Below, piece after piece: positions 56,514 through 64,000 of a DNA stretch of 64,000 nucleotides. The DNA is from an uncultured Candidatus Saccharibacteria bacterium (GTDB taxonomy: Bacteria > Patescibacteriota > Doudnabacteria > UBA920). Position 1 is the first letter of the stretch, and each line of letters starts with the position of its first letter. A program made the position numbers and the translations under genes. Location of the stretch: contig CAZHIA010000003.1 of NCBI GenBank assembly GCA_964532425.1, forward strand, positions 5,594 through 69,593, in the 5' to 3' direction. The notes beneath the pieces are model-generated. The model was given only the letters and a program-made list of their open reading frames with translations, was not told the DNA's origin and searched no databases.

Positions 56514-56547
56514 CGATTAAAAACCGCCGCACGGTATCGTGCGGCGG
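56514..56547 (-). terminator. rho-independent terminator after galE
   Basis: Hairpin CCGCCGCACGGTATCGTGCGGCGG followed by UUUUUAAU. Confidence 0.6.
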
Positions 56548-56579
56548 TACATACCCGGCTATTTCGCCTCAACGCTTTT

Positions 56580-57758
56580 CTACACGGAATTTTTTTCCAT
56601 AGAGCGCTGCATTTGCGTCCAGCTGGTAGCAATAATCGTATCCAGGTCCGAATGCTGCAATTCAAACCCAAGCTCTTCCCTGAGCTTCCTGTTGTCAGCC
56701 ACTGTGGCCGGAGCATCCCCGGCGCGGCGCGGTCCAGCTTCCATAGGAATCATGCGTTCCAGAATTTCCGACGCTTTATTGACAACTTCCCGCACGCTGC
56801 TGCCGTGTCCGGTGCCAATGTTGTATATGCGGTAGCTTTCGGTCGCTTCAAGTTTGGCAAGTGCTACGACATGGGCACGTGCGATATCGAGCACATGGAC
56901 ATAATCGCGGACGCAGGTGCCGTCCTGGGTGTTATAATCAGTTCCGTTGATCAAAAGGTACGGACGCTTGCCCAAGACCACTTCCAGAACTATCGGAATT
57001 AGGTGAGACTGGTGCGTCGGCATAATCTCTCCGTCAAAATCGCAACCGCAGGCATTAAAATACCGGAACACCACGGCTTGAAAACCGGAAAAATGGCAGT
57101 GGTATTTAATCAGGCGTTCGGCCAGCAGCTTGCTGTAGCCGTACGGGTTATTCGGACTCAGTTTGGCGGTCTCCGGAATCGGCACAACCTGTTGTTCGCC
57201 GTAGACGGCAGCGGTTGAAGAAAATATGATTTTTTTGACGTCATATTCAGCCATCGCCGAAAGCAGGACAGCCGTATTCAGCGTATTGTTCTTTAAATAC
57301 TTCTCCGGCTCGCGGACCGACTCTTCAACTTCAATACTCGCGGCAAAATGCATGACCGCATAAAAGCGTTCCTGGGCAAAAATATCACGCAGAAGGTTCG
57401 CATCTCCGACACTGCCTTCAATAAAACGGACTCCGGCCGGGACATTCTCGCGTTTACCGCTGGAAAGGTTATCCAGGATGGTCACCTGGTAGCCGGCTTT
57501 TAACAGTTCGCGGGTGGCATGTGCGCCAATATACCCGGCTCCCCCGGTCACCAGAATCCGCCGATTCTGGCTTTCCTGCTGCTGGAGACTCTCGATGGCT
57601 GATTCCAGCACCGCATGGTCGCTGCCGTTCTTAAGCAGCTGGTTGTATTTATCCACGGTCAATACCACTACTTCCGGACGGTTTTGCAGGTTCAGCACCA
57701 TGCCGCCTCCCCTATTTTTCACTTCGGCTATCAACTCTTCTAAATATTGTTGATCCAT
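56580..57758 (-). CDS. galE: UDP-glucose 4-epimerase with about 65-aa N-terminal extension resembling a Phd/YefM-type fold
   Basis: RILVTGGAGYIGAHATRELLKAGYQVTILDN, YxxxK region and C-terminal GalE. Upstream in-frame MDQQYLEELIAEVKNRGGGMVLNLQNRPEVVVLTVDKYNQLLKNG with no Met at the epimerase domain start. Confidence 0.8.
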   Translation of the reverse strand: MDQQYLEELIAEVKNRGGGMVLNLQNRPEVVVLTVDKYNQLLKNGSDHAVLESAIESLQQQESQNRRILVTGGAGYIGAHATRELLKAGYQVTILDNLSSGKRENVPAGVRFIEGSVGDANLLRDIFAQERFYAVMHFAASIEVEESVREPEKYLKNNTLNTAVLLSAMAEYDVKKIIFSSTAAVYGEQQVVPIPETAKLSPNNPYGYSKLLAERLIKYHCHFSGFQAVVFRYFNACGCDFDGEIMPTHQSHLIPIVLEVVLGKRPYLLINGTDYNTQDGTCVRDYVHVLDIARAHVVALAKLEATESYRIYNIGTGHGSSVREVVNKASEILERMIPMEAGPRRAGDAPATVADNRKLREELGFELQHSDLDTIIATSWTQMQRSMEKNSV

Positions 57759-57873
57759 AACCTTAGCGCAAATTAATTTACCCAGGCACCTTTCGCGAAT
57801 GAACAAGCGCCTGAGGCGAAAATATCACTTTCTATGAACCGACAGGCAGAACGATATAAAAAGGTGCCTGGGT

Positions 57874-57918
57874 CAAAAAAAACAGCTTCGTTTTTCAAAA
57901 TCAAGCTGTTTTTGTTTT
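57874..57918. terminator. bidirectional rho-independent terminator
   Basis: Hairpin AACAGCTTCGTTTTTCAAAATCAAGCTGTT with T-runs on both sides. Confidence 0.6.
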
Positions 57919-58061
57919 GATTTTTCGCTTGTGGGTATTTGTACTAAACCAATCATAGCACGGTAAAAAAATAATGCAAATTTTCAGACCTGTAACGTGC
58001 CGATTTATCGGCCGAAAATGAGAAAGCCGATAAAATCGGCACGCTACGATTGTTGAACCTT

Positions 58062-58097
58062 CATAGAAAAAGCCACCCCAGTGTAAGCCAGGGTGGC
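58062..58097 (-). terminator. rho-independent terminator after 58118 gene
   Basis: Hairpin GCCACCCCAGTGTAAGCCAGGGTGGC followed by UUUUUCU on the minus strand. Confidence 0.55.
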
Positions 58098-58117
58098 CGC
58101 AAAGCGCTCGCCTCCGG

Positions 58118-59248
58118 CTAGCGCAAATAGACGTAAGCAGTGCCGATGGTCCCCACATCAGCGGGATCCTTTGTGTTCGTGTAGGTGACCATCAGCAGGT
58201 GGGCCCCGTCGGAAACAATGCCGGTGCCGACCAAATTTTTCGGAACCTGAAGGTTGATCTGGTCGAGTCCCGGAAACTGGGACGGTCCGACGTAGGTGAG
58301 CGCGTTCGGGATCTCCTTGTTGTCCAGGAGAACCTTAAACGTATACCCGGTCATTTTGCGGACCGGATTTGTGCTCGGATCATCGATCCCGAGCCCCGTC
58401 GCCCACAGAATGAGCACATATGAAGGCAACGACGAACTGTACACGGTGGCCGGCGTGTCCTTGCCCGAGGTCGTGTATTTGTCCTTGCCCTCGTTGGCAT
58501 ATTGAATGATCGCCGTGCCCCCGCTCTGGAAGAATCCAGGAACGAGCGGCTTGACCGTCACGGTCATAATATCACCGATCAGCGACCCGAACTGATTCTT
58601 CCGCCGCACATGCACCTGGATGTTTCCGAACGGCGTGAACAACGGAACCACGAAATTGATCTGTGTGTTGCTCACATAGTACAGCTGGGCAGGAGCCCCA
58701 TTGACCAGAACCTCGACATCGAGTGCCGAAGTCGGCAATTGCCCGTTGGCCGTGAATATGGCCGCCGGGTTCAGCGTGAACCCAGTTCCCATGATGGTCG
58801 CGATCTCCATGGGCGCAACTATGCCGTAGGATTGGAACGTAGCGCCATGGACCACACCTAACTCATCGACGGGGTTGTCTTTGTTCACGATCTGAACCCA
58901 TGCACTCGCCGTGGTTGTCGCACCAGTGGCATCGGCACAGGTATACGGGTAGTCTACCGTAACCATCGACAAAGTCGTCGGCAGTAACGCCTGTAACACT
59001 TCTTCTCTGCCCGGCTGCCGCGCTGCGTTGTTATTCCAGACCGCGCGGCAGGATGTTGCATCCGAACCGGCCGCGATGATGAGCCCGAACATGTCCCCGC
59101 TCCGAATGCGGAGCGGATGTCCGGCATCCGTGGTCACGAATGAGTTAACGCCCTTGCCGGGCGGAACCACGCGCGCGATCACGTTGAATTGTGGCGCCGC
59201 CGAAAGCAGGCCGACGGAAAACAAAGCGCAAAATAGTTTGCTTAACAT
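58118..59248 (-). CDS. hypothetical secreted protein (about 376 aa, Ig-like/beta-rich)
   Basis: Start at MLSKLFCALFSVGLLSAAPQ (signal peptide) preceded by SD CAGGAGGGG. Beta-rich, no catalytic motif recognised. Confidence 0.55.
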   Translation of the reverse strand: MLSKLFCALFSVGLLSAAPQFNVIARVVPPGKGVNSFVTTDAGHPLRIRSGDMFGLIIAAGSDATSCRAVWNNNAARQPGREEVLQALLPTTLSMVTVDYPYTCADATGATTTASAWVQIVNKDNPVDELGVVHGATFQSYGIVAPMEIATIMGTGFTLNPAAIFTANGQLPTSALDVEVLVNGAPAQLYYVSNTQINFVVPLFTPFGNIQVHVRRKNQFGSLIGDIMTVTVKPLVPGFFQSGGTAIIQYANEGKDKYTTSGKDTPATVYSSSLPSYVLILWATGLGIDDPSTNPVRKMTGYTFKVLLDNKEIPNALTYVGPSQFPGLDQINLQVPKNLVGTGIVSDGAHLLMVTYTNTKDPADVGTIGTAYVYLR

Positions 59249-59380
59249 CTGTATCCCCTCCTGAGGGTTGTAAACGTTCACCTGTAGCTGTCTCATGACA
59301 GCCATTCAAGTTACACAATAGGCGCACCCTCTCTTGGATGCGCCTGTTTTGGAACTTGATGTTTGTTTAGTATTGTTCCC

Positions 59381-59408
59381 GTAGGGGCCGGTCGCGACCG
59401 GCCCCTAC
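59381..59408. mobile_element. 28-bp perfect palindromic element GTAGGGGCCGGTCGCGACCGGCCCCTAC (intergenic copy)
   Basis: Perfect palindrome centred on TCGCGA, immediately 3' of the giant repeat gene. Same family as 35120, 39389, 41359. Confidence 0.6.
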
Positions 59409-59426
59409 AAATTCTGTCCACTAGTA

Positions 59427-62400
59427 CTAGTTATTCAGTATCAGCCACGAAAGCAACTTCCGCTTCCGGTACACTGCGAATCCTGCCATCGCCAGGGCGC
59501 CAAAGGCCAAAGCCATGGTATCCGCACCGGTCTTCGGGGCAATGAACGCACCCTGGACCTGCGGGGTATTGATGTTGATCCGCACGGTGTTGCCGTACGT
59601 ATTGGTCATGACGTAATTCAGGTTGCTTGCCAGGAAGTACTTGACGCGCACCTGGAAGGACTTGCTGACACTGCCGCCGGCCGGAATGGTGACTGCTGGG
59701 AAGGTAATAACCTGCCCGTTCACCTGGCCGCCGCCGTAATCAACCATGTCCGCAAACGGCAGGACACCGGAGAGGTCATCGGTAATGACGAAGTTGGTCG
59801 CCGGGGAATTACCGTTGTTTGTCACAGTCAGCGTATAGGTGATGAAATCTTCCTTAGATGCAGGCACGGACTGGGCATCCACATTCTTGGTAATGTTCAT
59901 CGCCCGCTTGTTGTAAGTCAGGTTAATGTTACCACCCTGAACCTGGCCGACGTAGACCCAAGCGCTTGCTTGGACCTGGCCGACGTTATCAGCCTGGGCA
60001 TAAGCAATGTTCTGAATGCCGTTCTGACCATAGGTAGTAGTCGTGTAAGAGGAGTTGACTCTGGCCTGGAATGTGATAGTGCGGGACTGGTACGAACCCA
60101 AGTTTCCAATGTACAGCGTGCCGCTGTTGCCAAAACTGTCGGAAGCTCCGGTACCGTCCATCTGCACCGTGCCCGGTACGAAGCTCAAGCCTTGCGGCAA
60201 GGTATCGGTTACGCGCACATTGGTCAGATTCTGACTGCCCGGGTTCTGGACGCGAATCTGGAACTGCACAGTATCACCGCTACTGACTGTAACACTGCTC
60301 TGGTATGAGGCGCCGTTTAATGTGCGCACCAGTTTAGTAATGGTCAGTTGTCCAGGCTGGTTGTATTGCTGGATCACGATAGTGTTAGCAATGAGCAGCA
60401 CGTTGCAGTTGGCATCGTACATATAGAAGGTGTACGAATTACCCGCGGTCATGTTGGTTACCTGGTAGGTACCGTTCGGGCCGCCAGTAATAACCGTGTT
60501 TGACAAGGTGCCCTGGGTAATGCGGATCTGGTTGGAGCCGCTGGAAGACCAGGTCAAAGTTGAGGACCAGGTGTTGCCGTTCTGTACCGGAGTACTAAAC
60601 GTCAGACTGGCATTAGTGTTGACCACGCACTGGTTATTGACATCCTTGCGGATGACCAAGGTCGCCACCAGCGCACCACAGGAAGAGGTGTCATACAGTT
60701 TGACGATGTAGTTCTTATTGGCCTGAATCTGGTTGAATGTATAGGAACCGGGGCTGACGGTAATATTTTGCACCAGCACGACTTCCTGTCCGTTATCCGG
60801 ATTGACGTAAGTCAACCGCATCGGGTTGGAACCGGAATAGCTGTAGGCAATCACGGCCTGGTAGTACCCGTTGCCCATATCGGTAATTGCACCAGTGGTC
60901 AGGCTCACGTTGCTGTTGATGACACAGACCGGGGGCTGCTGGCTAATCTGGACCGTACAGATCGAAGATTGGCCGTTGCTTGTGACTGTTGCGGAGTATT
61001 GGCCGGAGCCACTGAAGACGTTCGAGAACGAAGAACCGCTGCCGGTCCTGCCGTTGCTGGAGGTCCAGGAATACGTGCCATTACCGCCAGTGGCGGTGAA
61101 GTAGACAGTCTGGCCGGAGTTGGCAGTCTGGCTTGCCGGGCTGCACTGCACCTGCTGAGGATTCGGAGGCGTACTGACATTCACGTTACAATTAGCCGTC
61201 GTGCTGCCATCGCTGACCGTTACGGTCTTGCTGCCGCCGCTGGCATAGGAAGTGTTGAAAGAAGAGCCATAACCGCCGGTCGGGTAACCGCCGTTGGCAG
61301 TCCAGGTATAGTTTCCCGTACCGCCGGTAGCGGTAAAGTAGACGGTCTGGTTGACATTGGCACTCTGATTGGAAGGAGAACACTGCAAGGTCTGGGTCGG
61401 CGGAGTGGACACCTGTACCGTACAATTTTGAGACTGTCCGTTGCTGGTTACAGTTGCGGTCTGTTGGCCGGCCTGGTTAAAGACATTCGTGAAGGTATTT
61501 CCGGAGCCGGTCCTACCGTTGGTGGAGGTCCATGAGTATGTACCGTTACCGCCGCTGGCCGAGAAGTACACGGTCTGTCCGGTCTGGGCAGTTTGGCTCG
61601 CCGGGCTGCAGATGAGCTGCGGGTTGTTCGGTTGGTTGACAATAGCCTTACAGGTGGCGGTCTGTCCGCCGCTGGTCACGGTGACAATGTAGCCATTCGG
61701 ATTTGCGGAATTGTAACTCGTGTTAAAGGATAACCCGCTGCCTGAGGTGTTTGAAGAAAGCGGAGCAGACCAGGAGTACGCGCCAGTGCCGCCGGTGGCG
61801 GTGAAGTAGACCGGCTGGCCGACATTCACCGTCTGGCTGGGAGGAGAACACTGCAAAGTCTGAACTGGCGGAGTGCAATCGCGCACTGTAAAACTGACTG
61901 TACGGCTAATGCCGGAAATGGTCGCTGTCTTGGTCCAGTTGCCAATATTGGCCGTGGTCCAGGTTGAACCCACGTCACTCCAGAATCCTAAACCGCCGCT
62001 GCCGGAAACAATCTGGCCGACGTAGTAGTTGTTCTCACCGGTATTCTGGCCGTTGAGGGTGGAATTCCACAAGATCCGTTCGCCAATCAAATTCGCGGTG
62101 GCCACGATGGTGTAACGGGTGTTTTGGCCGACACAGAAATTGTTGTCGGTCGTTAACGTGAAATCTTTTTGCTGTGGCGGAGTCTGGTTCACCGTGACAT
62201 TACAATTGGAGGATACTCCCCCGCTCGTTACGGTGACTGTTTTGGCACCGCTCGTGCTGTAGGAAGTTGAGAAGCTGTAGCCGGAACCGCTCGCCGGACT
62301 GCCGCCATTGGCAGACCAGGAATAGGAACCGTTGCCGCCGGTCGCCGTAAAGTAGACTGGCTGGCCTTGGTTGGCTGTCTGGTTGGAAGGAGAACACTGC

Positions 62401-64000
62401 AAGGTCGGATTCGGAGGCGTGCTAACGTTCACGTTACAATTAGCAGTCGTACTACCATCGCTCACCGAGACAGTCTTTGAGCCGCCCGAAGCATACGAGG
62501 TATTGAACGAAGAGCCGTACCCACCGGTCGGGTAACCACCGTTAGCGGTCCAGGTATAGTTGCCCGTACCCCCAGTTGCGGTAAAGTAGACGGTCTGGTT
62601 AACGTTGGCATTTTGATTGGACGGAGAACACTGTAATTGAGTTGGCGGAGGCGGTGTAACGCCGCAGTTCTTCACGTCAAAAGATACCGTGCGTGAAATG
62701 CCGTTGATGGTCGCTGTCTTGGTCCAGTGACCAATATTGGCCGTGGTCCAAGTAGAACCGACATCACTCCAGAAACCTAAACCGCCGCTACCAGAGATAA
62801 TCTGACCGACGTAGTAATTATTCTCGCCGGTATTCTGGCCATTCAAGGTGGAATTCCAAAGGATTGACTGACCGATCAAATTGGCAGTAGCTGTGATGGT
62901 ATAACGGGTATTCTGACCCACACAGAAGTTGTTGTCAGTAACCAGCGTGAAATCATACTGCTGAGCCGGCTGCTGATTGACCGTGACATTACACGTCGAG
63001 GATTGGCCGGAACTGGTAACGATCACCTGTTTTGAACCGGAAGCAGAATACGTAGTAGAGAAGGACTGGCCATTGCCGGAAGCCGGAGAGCCGCCGGTGG
63101 CAGACCAGGTATAGCTTCCATTGCCGCCCGTTGCCGTAAAGTACACCGGCTGGTTCGGATTAGCAGACTGGGTCGCCGGGCTGCACTGCACTTGTTGGGT
63201 AGGCGGAGTGGCTACAGCGACATTGCAATTCGCTGTGGTACTGCCATCGCTGACCGTAACTGTTTTAGCACCGGATGAAGCGTATGAAGTATTAAACGAG
63301 GAACCATAACCGCCAGTCGGATAGCCGCCATTAGCAGTCCAGGTATAATTACCGGTACCGCCGGTGGCTGTGAAGTACACGGTCTGATTAATATTGGCGT
63401 TTTGGTTAGAAGGAGAGCACTGCAAAGTCTGAGTCGGAGGTGGGGTCGTACCGCAGTTCTTCACGTCAAAAGATACCGTGCGTGAAATTCCGTTGATGGT
63501 CGCTGTCTTGGTCCAGTGGCCAATGTTGGCCGTGGTCCAAGTGGAACCGACATCACTCCAGAAACCAAGGCCGCCGCTACCGGAGACTACCTGGCCCACA
63601 TAATAATTATTTTCACCGGTATTCTGACCATTCAAGGTCGAATTCCACAGAATCGACTGGCCAATTAAATTGGCAGTAGCTGTGATAGTGTAACGGGTAT
63701 TTTGTCCGACACAGAAATTATTGTCTGTGACTAATGTGAAATCATATTGCTGGGCCGGCTGCTGGTTGACGGTCACATTACAATTGGCTGTAGTTCCCCC
63801 GCTCGTAACAGTGACCTGTTTAGATCCGGACGCTGAGTAGGTCGTAGAGAAGGACTGACCGTTGCCATTAGACGGGCTGCCACCATTGGCTGACCAAGAG
63901 TAATTACCATCACCGCCGGTTGCGGTAAAGTAGACCGGCTGGTTCGGATTGGCCGACTGGGTTTGAGGGGAACACTGCAAGGTTGGGTTCTGAGGCGTTG
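59427..64000 (-). CDS. giant repetitive surface protein (partial, at least 1517 aa; N-terminus beyond window) with Ig-like repeat units, two DUF11 domains and LPXTG-like C-terminal sorting signal
   Basis: Alternating about 95-aa (LQCSPSNQ.AN.NQ.VYFTATGG.G.Y.W.ANGG...) and about 110-aa (YDFTLVTDNNFCVGQNTRYTI...GLGFWSDVGSTW...) modules repeated at least 6 times with near-identical DNA. DUF11-like ITYTLTVTNNGNSPATNFVITDDL. C-terminus APKTGADTMALAFGALAMAGFAVYRKRKL. Confidence 0.85.
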   Translation of the reverse strand, partial: TPQNPTLQCSPQTQSANPNQPVYFTATGGDGNYSWSANGGSPSNGNGQSFSTTYSASGSKQVTVTSGGTTANCNVTVNQQPAQQYDFTLVTDNNFCVGQNTRYTITATANLIGQSILWNSTLNGQNTGENNYYVGQVVSGSGGLGFWSDVGSTWTTANIGHWTKTATINGISRTVSFDVKNCGTTPPPTQTLQCSPSNQNANINQTVYFTATGGTGNYTWTANGGYPTGGYGSSFNTSYASSGAKTVTVSDGSTTANCNVAVATPPTQQVQCSPATQSANPNQPVYFTATGGNGSYTWSATGGSPASGNGQSFSTTYSASGSKQVIVTSSGQSSTCNVTVNQQPAQQYDFTLVTDNNFCVGQNTRYTITATANLIGQSILWNSTLNGQNTGENNYYVGQIISGSGGLGFWSDVGSTWTTANIGHWTKTATINGISRTVSFDVKNCGVTPPPPTQLQCSPSNQNANVNQTVYFTATGGTGNYTWTANGGYPTGGYGSSFNTSYASGGSKTVSVSDGSTTANCNVNVSTPPNPTLQCSPSNQTANQGQPVYFTATGGNGSYSWSANGGSPASGSGYSFSTSYSTSGAKTVTVTSGGVSSNCNVTVNQTPPQQKDFTLTTDNNFCVGQNTRYTIVATANLIGERILWNSTLNGQNTGENNYYVGQIVSGSGGLGFWSDVGSTWTTANIGNWTKTATISGISRTVSFTVRDCTPPVQTLQCSPPSQTVNVGQPVYFTATGGTGAYSWSAPLSSNTSGSGLSFNTSYNSANPNGYIVTVTSGGQTATCKAIVNQPNNPQLICSPASQTAQTGQTVYFSASGGNGTYSWTSTNGRTGSGNTFTNVFNQAGQQTATVTSNGQSQNCTVQVSTPPTQTLQCSPSNQSANVNQTVYFTATGGTGNYTWTANGGYPTGGYGSSFNTSYASGGSKTVTVSDGSTTANCNVNVSTPPNPQQVQCSPASQTANSGQTVYFTATGGNGTYSWTSSNGRTGSGSSFSNVFSGSGQYSATVTSNGQSSICTVQISQQPPVCVINSNVSLTTGAITDMGNGYYQAVIAYSYSGSNPMRLTYVNPDNGQEVVLVQNITVSPGSYTFNQIQANKNYIVKLYDTSSCGALVATLVIRKDVNNQCVVNTNASLTFSTPVQNGNTWSSTLTWSSSGSNQIRITQGTLSNTVITGGPNGTYQVTNMTAGNSYTFYMYDANCNVLLIANTIVIQQYNQPGQLTITKLVRTLNGASYQSSVTVSSGDTVQFQIRVQNPGSQNLTNVRVTDTLPQGLSFVPGTVQMDGTGASDSFGNSGTLYIGNLGSYQSRTITFQARVNSSYTTTTYGQNGIQNIAYAQADNVGQVQASAWVYVGQVQGGNINLTYNKRAMNITKNVDAQSVPASKEDFITYTLTVTNNGNSPATNFVITDDLSGVLPFADMVDYGGGQVNGQVITFPAVTIPAGGSVSKSFQVRVKYFLASNLNYVMTNTYGNTVRININTPQVQGAFIAPKTGADTMALAFGALAMAGFAVYRKRKLLSWLILNN

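Noticed and set aside
56493-57002. 169-aa plus-strand ORF overlapping galE
   Set aside because: Antisense to GalE. No RBS.
60768-61535. 255-aa plus-strand ORF within the giant repeat gene
   Set aside because: Antisense to the repetitive coding region. Gly/Arg-rich translation with no start context.
59427-64000. Highly periodic, near-identical DNA repeats that could be mistaken for a CRISPR array or tandem satellite
   Set aside because: Repeat units are hundreds of bp long, sit in one long open reading frame and encode protein modules. There are no short unique spacers.

Overview
Gene-dense window, almost entirely minus-strand, with the hallmarks of a small uncultivated-type (possibly CPR/Patescibacteria-like) bacterial genome. 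Core genes: secA, hpf, murB, murC, murG, an RNase P RNA with a co-directional GIY-YIG ORF running into it, and an SD-less ribosomal cluster (rpsM, rpsK, rpsD, rpoA, rplQ, then rplM, rpsI, plus rpmJ and infA). Also pgi, a short alaS, ctpA, galE, a SET-domain protein and a four-helix-bundle (23S IVS-type) protein. A large envelope-glycan theme is present: four GT4 and three GT2 glycosyltransferases, a WbaP-like initiating sugar transferase, a Wzy/WaaL-like ligase, a Wzx flippase and a cytidylyltransferase. Two giant repetitive surface proteins are present (2793 aa, and at least 1517 aa running off the window), together with an S8 protease and a secreted protein that share a triplicated C-terminal module. 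Most unusual features are (i) a family of short palindromic elements with termini GTA(C/G)GGG...CCC(C/G)TAC, three inserted in-frame into coding genes, reminiscent of Rickettsia palindromic elements; (ii) several families of long imperfect intergenic palindromes built from short words (TTGACAAAAT, ACATTTGACC, ACGAAT, AGCTTATAGCT), one a near-identical 60-bp element repeated before rplQ and rpsD; (iii) small uncharacterised gene islets (three plus-strand genes inside the glycosyltransferase locus, a convergent pair of paralogous 76-80 aa proteins, a three-gene island 48.9-51.0 kb). No tRNA, rRNA, CRISPR array, transposase or integrase was found.
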